Shown: positions 1 through 9,821, counted from the first letter of the stretch. The stretch is DNA of 64,000 bases from Myxococcota bacterium (GCA_965247115.1 CBDFGR010000002.1:544001-608000), one strand, 5' to 3'. A program made the numbers and translations. The notes: generated by a model from the sequence alone, not told the origin.

Positions 1-644
1 GCGACCTCTTCCGGGCGGCCGAAGCGCCCCAGCGCGTGCGAGCGCTCGAGGTGCTCGCGCGCGGCCTCGAGGGGCTCGGTCTGAAGAAGTGCCGTCATCG
101 GCGTGTCGATGAAGCCCGGGCAGACGCAGTTAACGCGAATCCCGCGGGTCCCGTAGTCGATCGCCATGTTGCGGGTAAGCAGGACCACGCCACCCTTCGA
201 CGCGTTGTAGGCACTGATACCCTGCCCGCCGATCAGTCCTTCGATGCTGGCCACGTTGATGATGCAGCCTGCACGCCGCTCCGCCATTCGCCCGACGACG
301 TGTTTGCAGACCAGGAACGTCCCCTTCAGGTTGATGTCGATCACGCGGTCCCATTCCTCGCCCGCCAGCTGGTGCACGGGCCCGCCGCCGGAGACGCCGG
401 CCGCGTTCAGAACCACATCGATCTTGCCAAAGCGCTCCTCGACCGCTCGTACGGCGCGCTCGATCGCCGGCTCCTCGCGTACGTCGACCTCATGGAAGCT
501 CTCACAAGGAGTCGTCTCGGCGGGCTTCTGCACGTCGACACCCGCCACTCGGGCGCCCTCCGCCGCAAAGCGGACCGCGCATGCGGCCCCGATGCCAGAC
601 GCGATTCCCGTCACCAACGCAACCCGCCCCTCCAAGCGCTCCAT
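1..644 (-). CDS. SDR family oxidoreductase (3' end runs off window)
   Basis: Not in the ORF track; translated by hand from ATG at 644 (RBS GAAGGAGG): MERLEGRVALVTGIASGIG (TGxxxGxG), LNAAG, YNASK (YxxxK), IRVNCVCPG. Confidence 0.9.
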   Translation of the reverse strand, partial: MERLEGRVALVTGIASGIGAACAVRFAAEGARVAGVDVQKPAETTPCESFHEVDVREEPAIERAVRAVEERFGKIDVVLNAAGVSGGGPVHQLAGEEWDRVIDINLKGTFLVCKHVVGRMAERRAGCIINVASIEGLIGGQGISAYNASKGGVVLLTRNMAIDYGTRGIRVNCVCPGFIDTPMTALLQTEPLEAAREHLERSHALGRFGRPEEV

Positions 645-712
645 CCTTCCTCCTTCGCCAGTCCGGTTGACCAGCCGCGCTCATCCTCTCATGGTAGGGG
701 GGAGACGCCCTA

Positions 713-1474
713 ATGAGTCACACGAAAAATCGGGGAATTGCTGACGTGGAGACAAAGCTGTACTCGGAGCTGGCGGAGTGGTGGCCGCTCATGTCCACAC
801 CTTCGGAGTACGAGGAAGAGGCCGGCTTCTACACGGAGATCCTTCGCGAGGCCTGCGCCCCGCGCACGGTGATGGAGCTCGGAAGCGGCGGAGGGAACAA
901 CGCGTCGCATATGAAGGCCCACTTCGAGCTCACGCTCGTCGATCGCTCGGCCGAGATGCTCGCGGTGAGCCGCGAGCTCAATCCGGAGTGCGAGCACGTG
1001 CAAGGGGACATGTGCGACGTACGCCTGCGTAAGGTGTTCGACGCCGTCTTCGTTCATGACGCCGTCTGCTACATGACTACCCCGGCGGACCTGGCTCGTT
1101 TGATCGAGACGACGAACGTCCACTGCCGGCCCGGCGGCGCCGTACTCTTCTGCCCGGACTGGTTCCGAGAGACCTTCGAGCCCGTCACGAGCCACGGAGG
1201 GCACGATGGACCCAAGCGATCGTTTCGCTATCTCGAGTGGGACGGCGAACCCGCTCCCGGCGAGGACACCTACAGGACGGACTTCGCCTTCCTGCTGCGA
1301 GAGTCAGGCAAGGTGCGGGTGGTGCACGACATGCACGTGTTCGGGCTCTTTCCGCGCGAGCGCTGGCTCGAGCTCTGCCGGGGGTCCGGCCTGGAGCCTG
1401 AGCTCCGCAAGGTCTTCCACACGGGGGGGAACCGGGAGGGCTCCGAGCTGATCCTCTGCCGGAAGCCCGCGTAG
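713..1474 (+). CDS. Class I SAM-dependent methyltransferase
   Basis: ELGSGGG motif I, VQGDM, FDAVFVHDAV, CRPGG. Confidence 0.85.
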   Translation: MSHTKNRGIADVETKLYSELAEWWPLMSTPSEYEEEAGFYTEILREACAPRTVMELGSGGGNNASHMKAHFELTLVDRSAEMLAVSRELNPECEHVQGDMCDVRLRKVFDAVFVHDAVCYMTTPADLARLIETTNVHCRPGGAVLFCPDWFRETFEPVTSHGGHDGPKRSFRYLEWDGEPAPGEDTYRTDFAFLLRESGKVRVVHDMHVFGLFPRERWLELCRGSGLEPELRKVFHTGGNREGSELILCRKPA

Positions 1475-1490
1475 AGCTCGAGCGGAAGGC

Positions 1491-2243
1491 TCAGCTCTCC
1501 CCAGGCTCGAGCTTCTCCTGGCTGAGGACCACGCCGCGGTCGGAATCGAGGGTGACGACAGCCACGCTGCCCCATTCCGCCCTCCCGTACTGGGGCGAGG
1601 GGCTCCCGGAGTAGCAGGCAGTGGTCGAGCGTTCGCTCACGTCGCGGAACACGTGCACGTGCCCGAGCGCGAGGTAGTCGAGCCCTGAGTCTCCGATCTC
1701 TTCGGGAGTGATCAGCGAGGAACGCAGCTCGCTCCGGTCGGGTACGAGGTGCCCGTGGGCGATTCCGACATGCCAGTAGTCCCCGCTTCGATCGGGCACA
1801 CCCTCGAGCGGCTGGTTTTCGTGATCGTGCTCCACCATCGCGCGTCCCCACACCGTGCTGTGGAGCTCAGGGAACTCGAGGACGTCTCCGTCCTCCGCCA
1901 TCAGCGGGTGTACGTGAGAGCCCGCGTCGCGAAAATCGACCTTCCGGTACACGGAACGGTCGTCGTAGCAGTCATGGTTTCCCGGCAGCAGGACGACGGG
2001 ACAGGACGCAGCGCTCAGCGTAGCCATCACGAAGTCAATCTCGGGCCGAGCGATCCGGCTCGAGTCGAACAGGTCGCCCGCGATGAGGAGCAGATCGGCC
2101 TCCTGCCTCCGCGCGGTGTCGACGACTGTGCGAAATGCGATCTCCTCCAGCGCGCGGGTGGCCGGTCGCTCCTCGCTGCGAAAGCCCTCGCTGTGGATGT
2201 GCACGTCGGAAGTGTGGACGAGCTTCAGGGTTCTGCGCGACAT
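1491..2243 (-). CDS. Metallophosphoesterase, SbcD/Mre11-like nuclease subunit
   Basis: HTSDVH, AGDLFD, PGNHD, AHG, LGHVH, YSGSP motifs. Confidence 0.85.
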   Translation of the reverse strand: MSRRTLKLVHTSDVHIHSEGFRSEERPATRALEEIAFRTVVDTARRQEADLLLIAGDLFDSSRIARPEIDFVMATLSAASCPVVLLPGNHDCYDDRSVYRKVDFRDAGSHVHPLMAEDGDVLEFPELHSTVWGRAMVEHDHENQPLEGVPDRSGDYWHVGIAHGHLVPDRSELRSSLITPEEIGDSGLDYLALGHVHVFRDVSERSTTACYSGSPSPQYGRAEWGSVAVVTLDSDRGVVLSQEKLEPGES

Positions 2244-2250
2244 CGCTTCC

Positions 2251-2832
2251 TCAGCGCGGACGGCGCCACTTGCTCCAGTCGAAGGGCTCGACCCCGTCGT
2301 CTGCCAGCTGCCAGATCGACACGTCCGGCTTGCCGTTCTCGATCTCGAGAAAGCCGATCGTGCCGAGCTGTGTATTCAGGTTGTGCGGGTAGGTGGGCGA
2401 GCCAGGGTTCACACAGACCACGCCGTCCACCACGTCGATCGCCTCGACGTGGGTGTCCCCGTAGATCAGCACCTCCGGCCGTTGCTCCGGGAAGAGCCTG
2501 CCGATCGCCCGCTCGAGGGTGAGGTGCGGCGGCATCTCCGGGATCGGCACCACGTGCGTGAGCCCGACCGACACTCCGCCCAGGTCGAGGGACCAGGCAT
2601 CGCGGAGCCGATCGTCATCGGGCTGCACGCCTCGCCCGCCCGACCCGTCGTCACCGTTCCCCCGAGCAACATAGATCGGTGCAACCTCATTCAGCTCGTC
2701 GATCACGCGGAGCTCGTGGATGTCTCCAGCGTGCAGGATCAGGTCGACATCTTGGAACGCATCGAAGACCTGCGGCCACAGCTCCTCGCGCGCCTCCGGA
2801 ATGTGCGTATCTGAGATCAGACCGATTCGCAT
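2251..2832 (-). CDS. YfcE/MJ0936-type metallophosphoesterase
   Basis: ISDTH, HAGDI, RGNGD, GDTH, NPGS motifs. Confidence 0.88.
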   Translation of the reverse strand: MRIGLISDTHIPEAREELWPQVFDAFQDVDLILHAGDIHELRVIDELNEVAPIYVARGNGDDGSGGRGVQPDDDRLRDAWSLDLGGVSVGLTHVVPIPEMPPHLTLERAIGRLFPEQRPEVLIYGDTHVEAIDVVDGVVCVNPGSPTYPHNLNTQLGTIGFLEIENGKPDVSIWQLADDGVEPFDWSKWRRPR

Positions 2833-2904
2833 CTACTCGACGTCCGCCCCCCCTCGACTCACCGTGACATTCTGTACCGCACCGACCCACGCTCTGTCCA
2901 GCGC

Positions 2905-3405
2905 TCAGCTGCGAGTCGTACGCCGGAGCAACTCGCGCAGCACGATGATGTCCTGGCGGTCCTGAGGTCGATCCGCGGCTTCCTTCGATCGGATGATGTC
3001 TTCCAGGCCCGAGGCGTGGACCTCGACGCCAAAGATCTCGAACGCCACGGCACCCTCGATCAGGTCGTCGTACCCGTCCGTTCCGGCTGGGACGAACACC
3101 ACGTCGATCCGTCCAGCCGAACTCACGAGATTCCAGATCTGAGACTGCGCGAGACTCTTCGCACTGCAGTCGAACGCCAACCCCGCCGGCTGGGTGTCCG
3201 TGTAGACCCGCGCATCGAGCTCCCGGAGCGCAGCAGCAAGACGCTCCAGGTTCTCTGCGTCCCGCGAAGGAGTGATGTCCGCATCCGCAGTCACCCGTGG
3301 GAACCCTTGAAGCCGTGCTGCAAGTGCGCCGATCAGGACGTACCGGACCTCGTGTCGGGCAAGAGTCCGAGCGATGAGCGCCGGATCGAGCGCCGCATCA
3401 GACAC
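2905..3405 (-). CDS. Nucleotidyltransferase-fold protein (DUF6036-like), putative toxin
   Basis: LIGALAA...RVTADAD (G-x, DxD NTase motif), GRIDVV, C-terminal SKEAADRPQDRQD; overlaps the upstream HTH gene. Confidence 0.75.
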   Translation of the reverse strand: MSDAALDPALIARTLARHEVRYVLIGALAARLQGFPRVTADADITPSRDAENLERLAAALRELDARVYTDTQPAGLAFDCSAKSLAQSQIWNLVSSAGRIDVVFVPAGTDGYDDLIEGAVAFEIFGVEVHASGLEDIIRSKEAADRPQDRQDIIVLRELLRRTTRS

Positions 3406-3724
3406 GGCGGGCGGCAGACACGAACGCGTTCACGTTCCGAACCTCGATCAGCCGCTGCTCCGGCGTCAGCGCCAGAACGCGATCGATGTCGGCGAGCATG
3501 TGCGTATCGGGGCAGGGGCTCAGCACCAACTCCGCTCGGAGCTCGAAGCCCGCAGCTTCGAGCAGCCGCAAAAGGGTATTGGTACTCGGGCTGGTCTGAC
3601 CATTCTCTATGCGCGCAACCACTGACTGAGCGGTTCCCGCGCGCTCGGCCAGCGTTCGCTGGGTCAGGCCGGCTCGCTGCCGGGCCTCGCGCAAGAGCTC
3701 ACTCGGGCTGAGCCTCTCCTTCAT
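3398..3724 (-). CDS. XRE-family HTH protein, putative antitoxin
   Basis: LLREARQRAGLTQRTLAERAGTAQSVVARIENG HTH; ATG at 3724 chosen (alternative GTG at 3730). Confidence 0.8.
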   Translation of the reverse strand: MKERLSPSELLREARQRAGLTQRTLAERAGTAQSVVARIENGQTSPSTNTLLRLLEAAGFELRAELVLSPCPDTHMLADIDRVLALTPEQRLIEVRNVNAFVSAARRV

Positions 3725-3730
3725 CCCCAC

Positions 3731-3749
3731 ACAATAGCTAATCAGCTAT
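3731..3749 (-). promoter_or_regulatory. Putative TA operator and -10 box
   Basis: Inverted repeat ATAGCT-AATC-AGCTAT (3734-3749) overlapping a minus-strand TATTGT located 6 nt before the ATG. Confidence 0.55.
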
Positions 3750-3789
3750 CAAAAGCCGGGGCCGGAGCCTCCTACCCTCACGTAACGGC

Positions 3790-4359
3790 TCAGTACGTGA
3801 ACTTCGGCTGCCAGCCCTCGGGTCCCTCGGGGAGCAGCTCCAGCAGAGGCCAGACCGAGCAGAAGTCGTCCCCCGGGCCGAACTCCGTATCGCTCACGCG
3901 TACGATGCGATCGCCGTCGCGCTGGAACACGGAAACCCCCGGCCACCAGCTCTCGTCCCTGCGGTAGCCCAGATCGCTGGCAAAGCTCGTACCCTCGTGG
4001 GACACCATGCGAAAGCTCCAGGCCCTGCTCTCGGCGAACTTGCGCTGCGTCTCAGGGCTGTCCGGGGTCGAGACCACAAAGGCCGCGCGGTTCTCGAGAT
4101 GATCGATCACCCCGTTGAACCCGTCGGCCCACATCGTGCAGTAGGAGCAGCTCCTCCCCATGTTGTGCACGACGAAGAGGTGCTCGCGGTCGCCGAACAG
4201 CTCCGAGAGCTGGACGGGCTTCCCAGCCGCAGTCGTGAGCCGGTAGTCCTGGACCGCGGCCGGCTCGATCTTCGACTGTACCTCGCGCAGCTCGTCGCGT
4301 AGCTCGGCGATCCGCCCGCGAACCTCTCGCAAGCGTTCCGTTGCGTCCTCGTAGCGCAT
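3790..4359 (-). CDS. DUF899-family thioredoxin-like protein
   Basis: VQLSELFG, CSYCTMWADGFNG, PGVSVF, DDFCSVWPLLELLPEG; RBS GGAGGAG before ATG 4359. Confidence 0.8.
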   Translation of the reverse strand: MRYEDATERLREVRGRIAELRDELREVQSKIEPAAVQDYRLTTAAGKPVQLSELFGDREHLFVVHNMGRSCSYCTMWADGFNGVIDHLENRAAFVVSTPDSPETQRKFAESRAWSFRMVSHEGTSFASDLGYRRDESWWPGVSVFQRDGDRIVRVSDTEFGPGDDFCSVWPLLELLPEGPEGWQPKFTY

Positions 4360-4435
4360 GGCTCCTCCTATGCTCGAGCGCGCTTCCCGCGCACTCTCCG
4401 GGGCTGGCTTGTGTCCGGCTCCATCCGTCTGATGA

Positions 4436-5050
4436 TCACGCAGCCGGTCGGCGCGCGGAGAGGAGATGGTCGATCGCGCTGCCCTTCCCTTCCACCGCCC
4501 GAATCCGCTCCTCGGCACGTTCCACCTCGAGGCCGAGCTCGACGAGCGCTTTGCTGAGGGAGTCCGGGTCCCACAGCACGCCGGGGTGCTGCGGGCCGCC
4601 GACGCCCTCCGTCAGGTTGCGAAGGGCGTGGCCGATCATCAGCAGAGCTCCGCCCGGGGCGAGTGCTGCAACGGCGTGCTGAAGGGCCCGGGCCTGGTCG
4701 GCCTCTGGCAGGTGGAGATACAGAACAACGACGCGCTCGAAGGCCTCAGGCGGGGGCTCGTAGCTGGTGACATCGGCGCAGATCCACTCCACGTCGACAC
4801 TGCGCCTGCCGGCGAGCCCCCTGGCGCGCTCGATCGCGACCTCGGAGAAGTCCACCGCCGTCACCTCGAAACCACGCTCGGCCAGCCAGATCGCGTTGCG
4901 GCCCTCGCCACAGGCCAGGTCGAGGACGCGGCCGAGCGGCTCCGCGTCGCCGAGCTCCTCCGCGAGGAAGCGGTTCGGCTCAATCCCCCAGACCAACTCC
5001 TCCGAGGAGTAGCGTTCATTCCACTGATGCTGCTTGTTCGTCGTCGTCAT
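4436..5050 (-). CDS. Class I SAM-dependent methyltransferase
   Basis: WNERY, EPNRFL, LDLACGEGRNAIWLA, LAPGG. Confidence 0.85.
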   Translation of the reverse strand: MTTTNKQHQWNERYSSEELVWGIEPNRFLAEELGDAEPLGRVLDLACGEGRNAIWLAERGFEVTAVDFSEVAIERARGLAGRRSVDVEWICADVTSYEPPPEAFERVVVLYLHLPEADQARALQHAVAALAPGGALLMIGHALRNLTEGVGGPQHPGVLWDPDSLSKALVELGLEVERAEERIRAVEGKGSAIDHLLSARRPAA

Positions 5051-5188
5051 TCGCTTGCCCGTCTTCGCCGCATCGCGCCCGAGCCAGCGTCGCACGCGAT
5101 TTTGTAGAGAGTGTACGCACGGACGAAGCGCGGCTGCACGCTGAGCTCCGTGCACCAGGCCTGGAGCGAGCGCAGCGGAGGCGCTCTG

Positions 5189-5710
5189 TCAGGACGCCCC
5201 CACGTGCTCCTCCTCTCGAAGGCGATCCGTGTCCGCGGCGAGCTGTCGCACGAGCTCGTGGATCGCACGCTGCCCGAGCTCGGCAAGCTGCTCGGGTCCG
5301 ACGTTGAGCTGGGTGCCCTGGCCCGTGGCCTGGCGGATCGCCTGCTTCGTGAAGTACGTCGCAACGAGCAGCCGATTCCGCAGCAACACGGCCTGGAGCT
5401 CGAGCGTGTACGCGTCGGGCTCGCCGTAGTCCGAAGCTGCTAGCTCGAGCTCCCAGACTGAGGAGGCGTCTGGTGACCACTGGAGCACGCCGGCAAACAC
5501 GCGGGCAGACTCCAGCTCCTCTTCAAAAGCCAGCAGCACGCCCCGCGGGCTGAGGTGCGAGCGGTCGAAGGAGCCCTCGCGAACGCTCACGGTCACCCCG
5601 AGCGGCTGGGCGGGAGGCTCGATCGGAGGTTCCGCAGGTCCAGGCGGGGAAGCCGCGCATGCAAGCCACGTGATCGCAATCCCGACCCGTGCCAGGGCAG
5701 CTCGTTTCAT
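5189..5710 (-). CDS. Hypothetical exported protein / lipoprotein
   Basis: MKRAALARVGIAITWLAC signal/lipobox-like N-terminus followed by a Pro-rich linker. Confidence 0.55.
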   Translation of the reverse strand: MKRAALARVGIAITWLACAASPPGPAEPPIEPPAQPLGVTVSVREGSFDRSHLSPRGVLLAFEEELESARVFAGVLQWSPDASSVWELELAASDYGEPDAYTLELQAVLLRNRLLVATYFTKQAIRQATGQGTQLNVGPEQLAELGQRAIHELVRQLAADTDRLREEEHVGAS

Positions 5711-5813
5711 CGGGCCTGACTCTAGCCCAGCGTCCGGCCCAGTGCGGCCGGAGACGTCGCTTGACCCCGACGCCGCGCCCGAACACGATGGCGGCTCGAG
5801 AAGAGGAGATGCA

Positions 5814-6734
5814 ATGCCAGAGGTAAAGCTGGGCATCGGCACGCCGAGAGGCGCCGGACACGGCACGATCGACGAGAAGCGAGCTGCCCTCGCGGCGGTC
5901 GCCGACGCCGGGCTCGACCACGTCGGTGTGGGCGACCATGTGAGCTTCTTCACGGGTCGCGGCTTCGACGGTCTGATCCAGGCGGCGCAGCTCCTGTCCC
6001 TGCACGACACGCTGCAGGTCTACGTCGCGGTGTACCTGATTCCCCTGCGCCACCCCACGCTGGTCGCGCGCCAGGTCCAGAGCGTCATCGCGCCGGCGCC
6101 AGGACGTCTGATCCTCGGCGTGGGCGTCGGTGGCGAGGATCCCCACGAGTCCGAGGTCTGTGGCGTCGATCCCAAGACCCGGGGCCGCCGCGCAGACGAG
6201 GCCCTCGAAATTCTGCGCGCTCTCATGACCGGCGAACCGGTCGATTACTCGGGCAAACACTTCCAGCTCGAGAACGCCATCATCCAGCCGCCCATCGAGC
6301 CGCGAGTGCCCATCGTGATCGGCGGCCGGTCGGACGCGGCGGTACGGCGCGCGGGACGCGTCGGCGACGGGTACGTCGGCATCTGGATCTCGGCCAAGCG
6401 CTTCGCGGGCATCCTCGGCCAGATCGATGCCGAGGCAGCCGCCTGCAACCGGGGCGAGGTCGCGTGGGAGCACGGGATGTTCGTGTGGTGCGGGCTCGAC
6501 GACACGCGCGAAGCGGGGCGAGCGCAAGTGGCGCAGTCCATGGAGGACATGTACCGCATCGGCTTCGACAACTTCGAGCGGTACACGCCGTACGGCCCGC
6601 CGGCAGACGTCGCAGACTTCCTGCGCCCATACGTCGAGGCGGGCTGCACTCGCTTTCACCTTGCCGCCGTGGCGGAGAGCGACGAGGCCCTGATCGCGCA
6701 TGCCGCCGAGATCAAGCGTCTGCTGAGCTCCTGA
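5814..6734 (+). CDS. LLM class flavin-dependent oxidoreductase
   Basis: VGDHVSF, PLRHP, GRLILGVGVGGE, PIVIGGRS; RBS GAGGAG. Confidence 0.88.
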   Translation: MPEVKLGIGTPRGAGHGTIDEKRAALAAVADAGLDHVGVGDHVSFFTGRGFDGLIQAAQLLSLHDTLQVYVAVYLIPLRHPTLVARQVQSVIAPAPGRLILGVGVGGEDPHESEVCGVDPKTRGRRADEALEILRALMTGEPVDYSGKHFQLENAIIQPPIEPRVPIVIGGRSDAAVRRAGRVGDGYVGIWISAKRFAGILGQIDAEAAACNRGEVAWEHGMFVWCGLDDTREAGRAQVAQSMEDMYRIGFDNFERYTPYGPPADVADFLRPYVEAGCTRFHLAAVAESDEALIAHAAEIKRLLSS

Positions 6735-6746
6735 TCGGAGGTACCC

Positions 6747-7316
6747 GTGGATGTCACGCGCGAGGAAGAAGTAGCGACCCTCGCCCGTGAGCTTGCCAGG
6801 ACGGGTCTTCACATCGCCTACCTGGTGAACAACGCGGGGATCCAGGGGCCCGGCCGCATCGCCGAGTTCGAGACGCGCACCTGGAGCCGCGTCATGCGCG
6901 TGAACCTGGACGGCACCTTCTACCTGACGCGCGCGTTCAGCGGCGGCATGATCGAGCGTGGCTTCGGGCGCGTCGTGAACCTGGCATCGCTCTACGCCTA
7001 CCACCCGGGGCCCGGTCAGCATCCCTACGCCGCCGCGAAGGCCGCGATCACGGGCCTCACCCGCTCCAGCGCGATGGAGCTGGCGCGCCACGGCATCACC
7101 GTGAACGCGATTGCCCCCGGCTACATCTTCCACGAAGGCCTGCGCGACCTGTTCCGCGAGGGTGTTTTCGAATCGCTCGTCGAGCAGGTCCCCGCGGGCC
7201 GGGCGGGTCGGCCCGACGAGATCGCCGCCACCCTCGACTTCCTGCTGTCGGAGGACGCCGGCTACATCACCGGTCAGACCCTACACGTGAACGGCGGCGT
7301 CTATCTGCCCGGCTAG
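6747..7316 (+). pseudogene. SDR oxidoreductase lacking its N-terminal Rossmann motif
   Basis: Has NNAG, YAAAK and VNAIAPG but starts at DVT; no TGxxxGxG and no room for it after the upstream stop. Confidence 0.65.
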
Positions 7317-7732
7317 CGCTTCCAGGGACGGACCGTAGCCTCGGCCGCGATCAGGGTTTCCCCCTTCTGGTTCTTCGCGACGAGATCCAGGTCGACGTGC
7401 TTGCTCCCGCCTTCCTCGTACACACGGACCACCTTGCCCGAGCACGTGACCGTGTCGCCGGGCCAGACGCGTGACGTGAAGCGGATCCCATAGCGCCTCA
7501 TCGACTCCGGACCGAACCACTGCGTGGGAACCCGACTCAGCACTCCGGCCGTGAACATGCCCATCCCGAACACGGTCGGAAGGCCCGCCTTCTCGGCGAA
7601 GGTCTGGTCGTGATGGATCGGGTTGAAGTCCCCGCCGCCGCCGGCGTAGCGCACGAACTGGGTCCGGTTGATGTCCGGCACCTCGAAGCTCTGCTCGTCC
7701 CCTACCTTGACTGTTTCAAATGCGTCGCTCAT
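7313..7732 (-). CDS. MaoC-family dehydratase
   Basis: YAGGGGDFNPIHHD hydratase motif; RFTSRVWPGD. Confidence 0.85.
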   Translation of the reverse strand: MSDAFETVKVGDEQSFEVPDINRTQFVRYAGGGGDFNPIHHDQTFAEKAGLPTVFGMGMFTAGVLSRVPTQWFGPESMRRYGIRFTSRVWPGDTVTCSGKVVRVYEEGGSKHVDLDLVAKNQKGETLIAAEATVRPWKR

Positions 7733-8172
7733 TCCTGCACCACTCCCGCCGTCTGGATCAATGTGTTGCGCGAGCGCACCACAATCTCGCCCTGCGCGTC
7801 GCGGTAGATCGTCTCGCTCTCGATGAACTTCATGCTCCCGCCGCGGCGGCCCTTCTTCTCGTAGCTCTTCATCTCGCCGGGCTCGCTCGTCAACACGTCG
7901 CCAGCGAAGACCGGCCGCTCGTAGATCAGCTCCTGGCCCCCGTGCAACACGAAGCGCATGTCCAGGCCCTCTATGCGCTGACCGCCCGCGCTTGGCTCCG
8001 GGAAGAAAGCGGACGCGGTCGAGAAAGTCGGGGGCGCCACGACCGACGGCAGCCCCGCAGCCTTCGCCGCCTCCTCGTCGTGGTAGAGCTCGTTGTCGTC
8101 CAGGATCGAGTTCGCGAACTCGTGGATCTTGCCGCGCTCGACGGGAAAGCCCGGCGGGTTGATCAGCGCCAT
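7729..8172 (-). CDS. MaoC/FAS1-like dehydratase partner subunit
   Basis: VERGKIHEFA, APPTF, LHGGQE, RPVFAGD; ATGA overlap with the next gene. Confidence 0.85.
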   Translation of the reverse strand: MALINPPGFPVERGKIHEFANSILDDNELYHDEEAAKAAGLPSVVAPPTFSTASAFFPEPSAGGQRIEGLDMRFVLHGGQELIYERPVFAGDVLTSEPGEMKSYEKKGRRGGSMKFIESETIYRDAQGEIVVRSRNTLIQTAGVVQE

Positions 8173-8246
8173 GTGGTCGCTCCTCTGCGGTACGGGTCCA
8201 GACTACCACGGCTACGTGCTACCTTTCTTCGCGAAGGGGAGCCAGC

Positions 8247-8827
8247 ATGAACTTCGACGACAACCCGGAAGAGGCGGCCTTCAGACAGGAGGCGCGAACC
8301 TGGCTCGAAGCGAACGCGAGGCTGTTGCGAGAGGGAGAGACGAATCAGGGCTTCGAATCCGACGACGACGACGACGACTCGATTGCGGCCGCCCAAGCCT
8401 GGCAGGCCAAGAAGGCCAGCGCAGGCTGGGCATGCATCACCTGGCCTATGCAGTACGGGGGTCGCGAGGCCACGCCTATCCAGAGCGTGATCTACACCTC
8501 GTACCGGACCCTGACCGCGCTCTCGCGCGGCCAGACGCCGGGACCCGAGGGCTCCATCAGCAAGCTCGTCTCCGCAAAGATGGACCAGGAGATGGCGTCG
8601 CTAGCGTCGAGCTCCAGGGTGCCGTGGGGGCCGTGCTCGACGAGGACGTCGCGGCACAGGAAGCGGAATGGCAGCAAGCGTACCTCTGGGCACCGGGCAT
8701 GCGGATTGGCGGCGGCACCGATGAGATCTTGCGCAACATCATTGCCGAGCACGTGCTGCGCCTACCGCCAGAGCCGCGCCTCGATAAGACCGTGGCGTTC
8801 CGCAGGGTGCCGAGCGGAAAGAGCTAG
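8247..8827 (+). pseudogene. Acyl-CoA dehydrogenase remnant (internal deletion plus frameshift)
   Basis: N-terminus (FRQEARTWL...WPMQYGG) joins directly to C-terminal TSYRTLTALSRGQTPGPEGSISKL; after a shift near 8605 it continues ELQG...IGGGTDEILRNIIAE. Confidence 0.85.
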
Positions 8828-9771
8828 AGCGCGGCGAGGAAGGGACGCACGACGTCGAGGAAGCCCGGCGTGTTCTGACCGTGCACGTTGTGTCCCGACT
8901 CGGGCACGGTGACGAGACGCCCATCGGGTAGCGCAGCCGCGAAGCGCCTCGCCGCCTCCTCGGTGAGGACGTTCGAGTTCGCGCCGCGCACGATGAGAAC
9001 GGGGGGCTTGAGCACCTTCACGTCGTCCAGGGTGATCGGATCCAGCGGGGCTGGGGTCTCCCCCATCGATGCCATTCGCCGGCCGTAGTCGCATTTGCTG
9101 ACGTACTTGCCGTCGGCTCGCTTCATCAGGTTGTACTTGACGGTGCGTTCGATGTGCACGCGCGAACGGAAGGGATCGTAGCGCCTGACGTTGGCCACGA
9201 ACTCTTCAACGTCGTCGAACTCGCGATTGTGGTTGACGAACTGGCCGATCGAGCGCGCGCCCTCCGCCGCGACCTCCGGACCGATGTCCACGATCACGAG
9301 CGCCCGGGCCACGTCGCCATGATCGAGCGCCAGCCGGAGCGTGTTGCGTCCCCCCATGGAGTGCCCGAAGACGATCGGCTGCCCGAGCCCCAGCGCGGCG
9401 ACAATGGCCTCGGCATCGCTGGCCATCGCCTGCGACGTGTAGTCGGAATCGCGCGCCCACTCGCTGTCCCCGTGGCCCCGCTGATCCAGCGCAATCAAGC
9501 GGAAGCGGTCTGCCAGGTGGAGGCTTACCAGGTCCCAGGAGTGGGCCGACTGGTTGCCCCCGTGGAGAAGCAGCACGGGCGGTGCTCCGAGGTCTCCCCA
9601 TTCCAGGAAGTGGAAGCGCTGCTGGCGCACCACGGCGTTCCGCGATACGTAGCGGATGTCCGGGCTGTGAGGAATTCCGAGATCCGTTGCGCTCGTGAGC
9701 AGGCTCTGGAACTCGTCGAACCGGGTCATGTCCAGCGACTCGGTGCTTGCCGAGAACTCGTTCAGGTACAT
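8824..9771 (-). CDS. Alpha/beta hydrolase
   Basis: LLHGG, DQRGHGDS, GHSMGG nucleophile elbow, SGHNVH. Confidence 0.88.
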   Translation of the reverse strand: MYLNEFSASTESLDMTRFDEFQSLLTSATDLGIPHSPDIRYVSRNAVVRQQRFHFLEWGDLGAPPVLLLHGGNQSAHSWDLVSLHLADRFRLIALDQRGHGDSEWARDSDYTSQAMASDAEAIVAALGLGQPIVFGHSMGGRNTLRLALDHGDVARALVIVDIGPEVAAEGARSIGQFVNHNREFDDVEEFVANVRRYDPFRSRVHIERTVKYNLMKRADGKYVSKCDYGRRMASMGETPAPLDPITLDDVKVLKPPVLIVRGANSNVLTEEAARRFAAALPDGRLVTVPESGHNVHGQNTPGFLDVVRPFLAAL

Positions 9772-9821
9772 ATGTGGTCGGGAGGATACCCCTAACCGCG
9801 ACCGCGGTGCAGCAAGCGGGC

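Noticed and set aside
8361..8378. (GAC)6 microsatellite
   Set aside because: Short in-frame poly-Asp within a pseudogene; no sign of function
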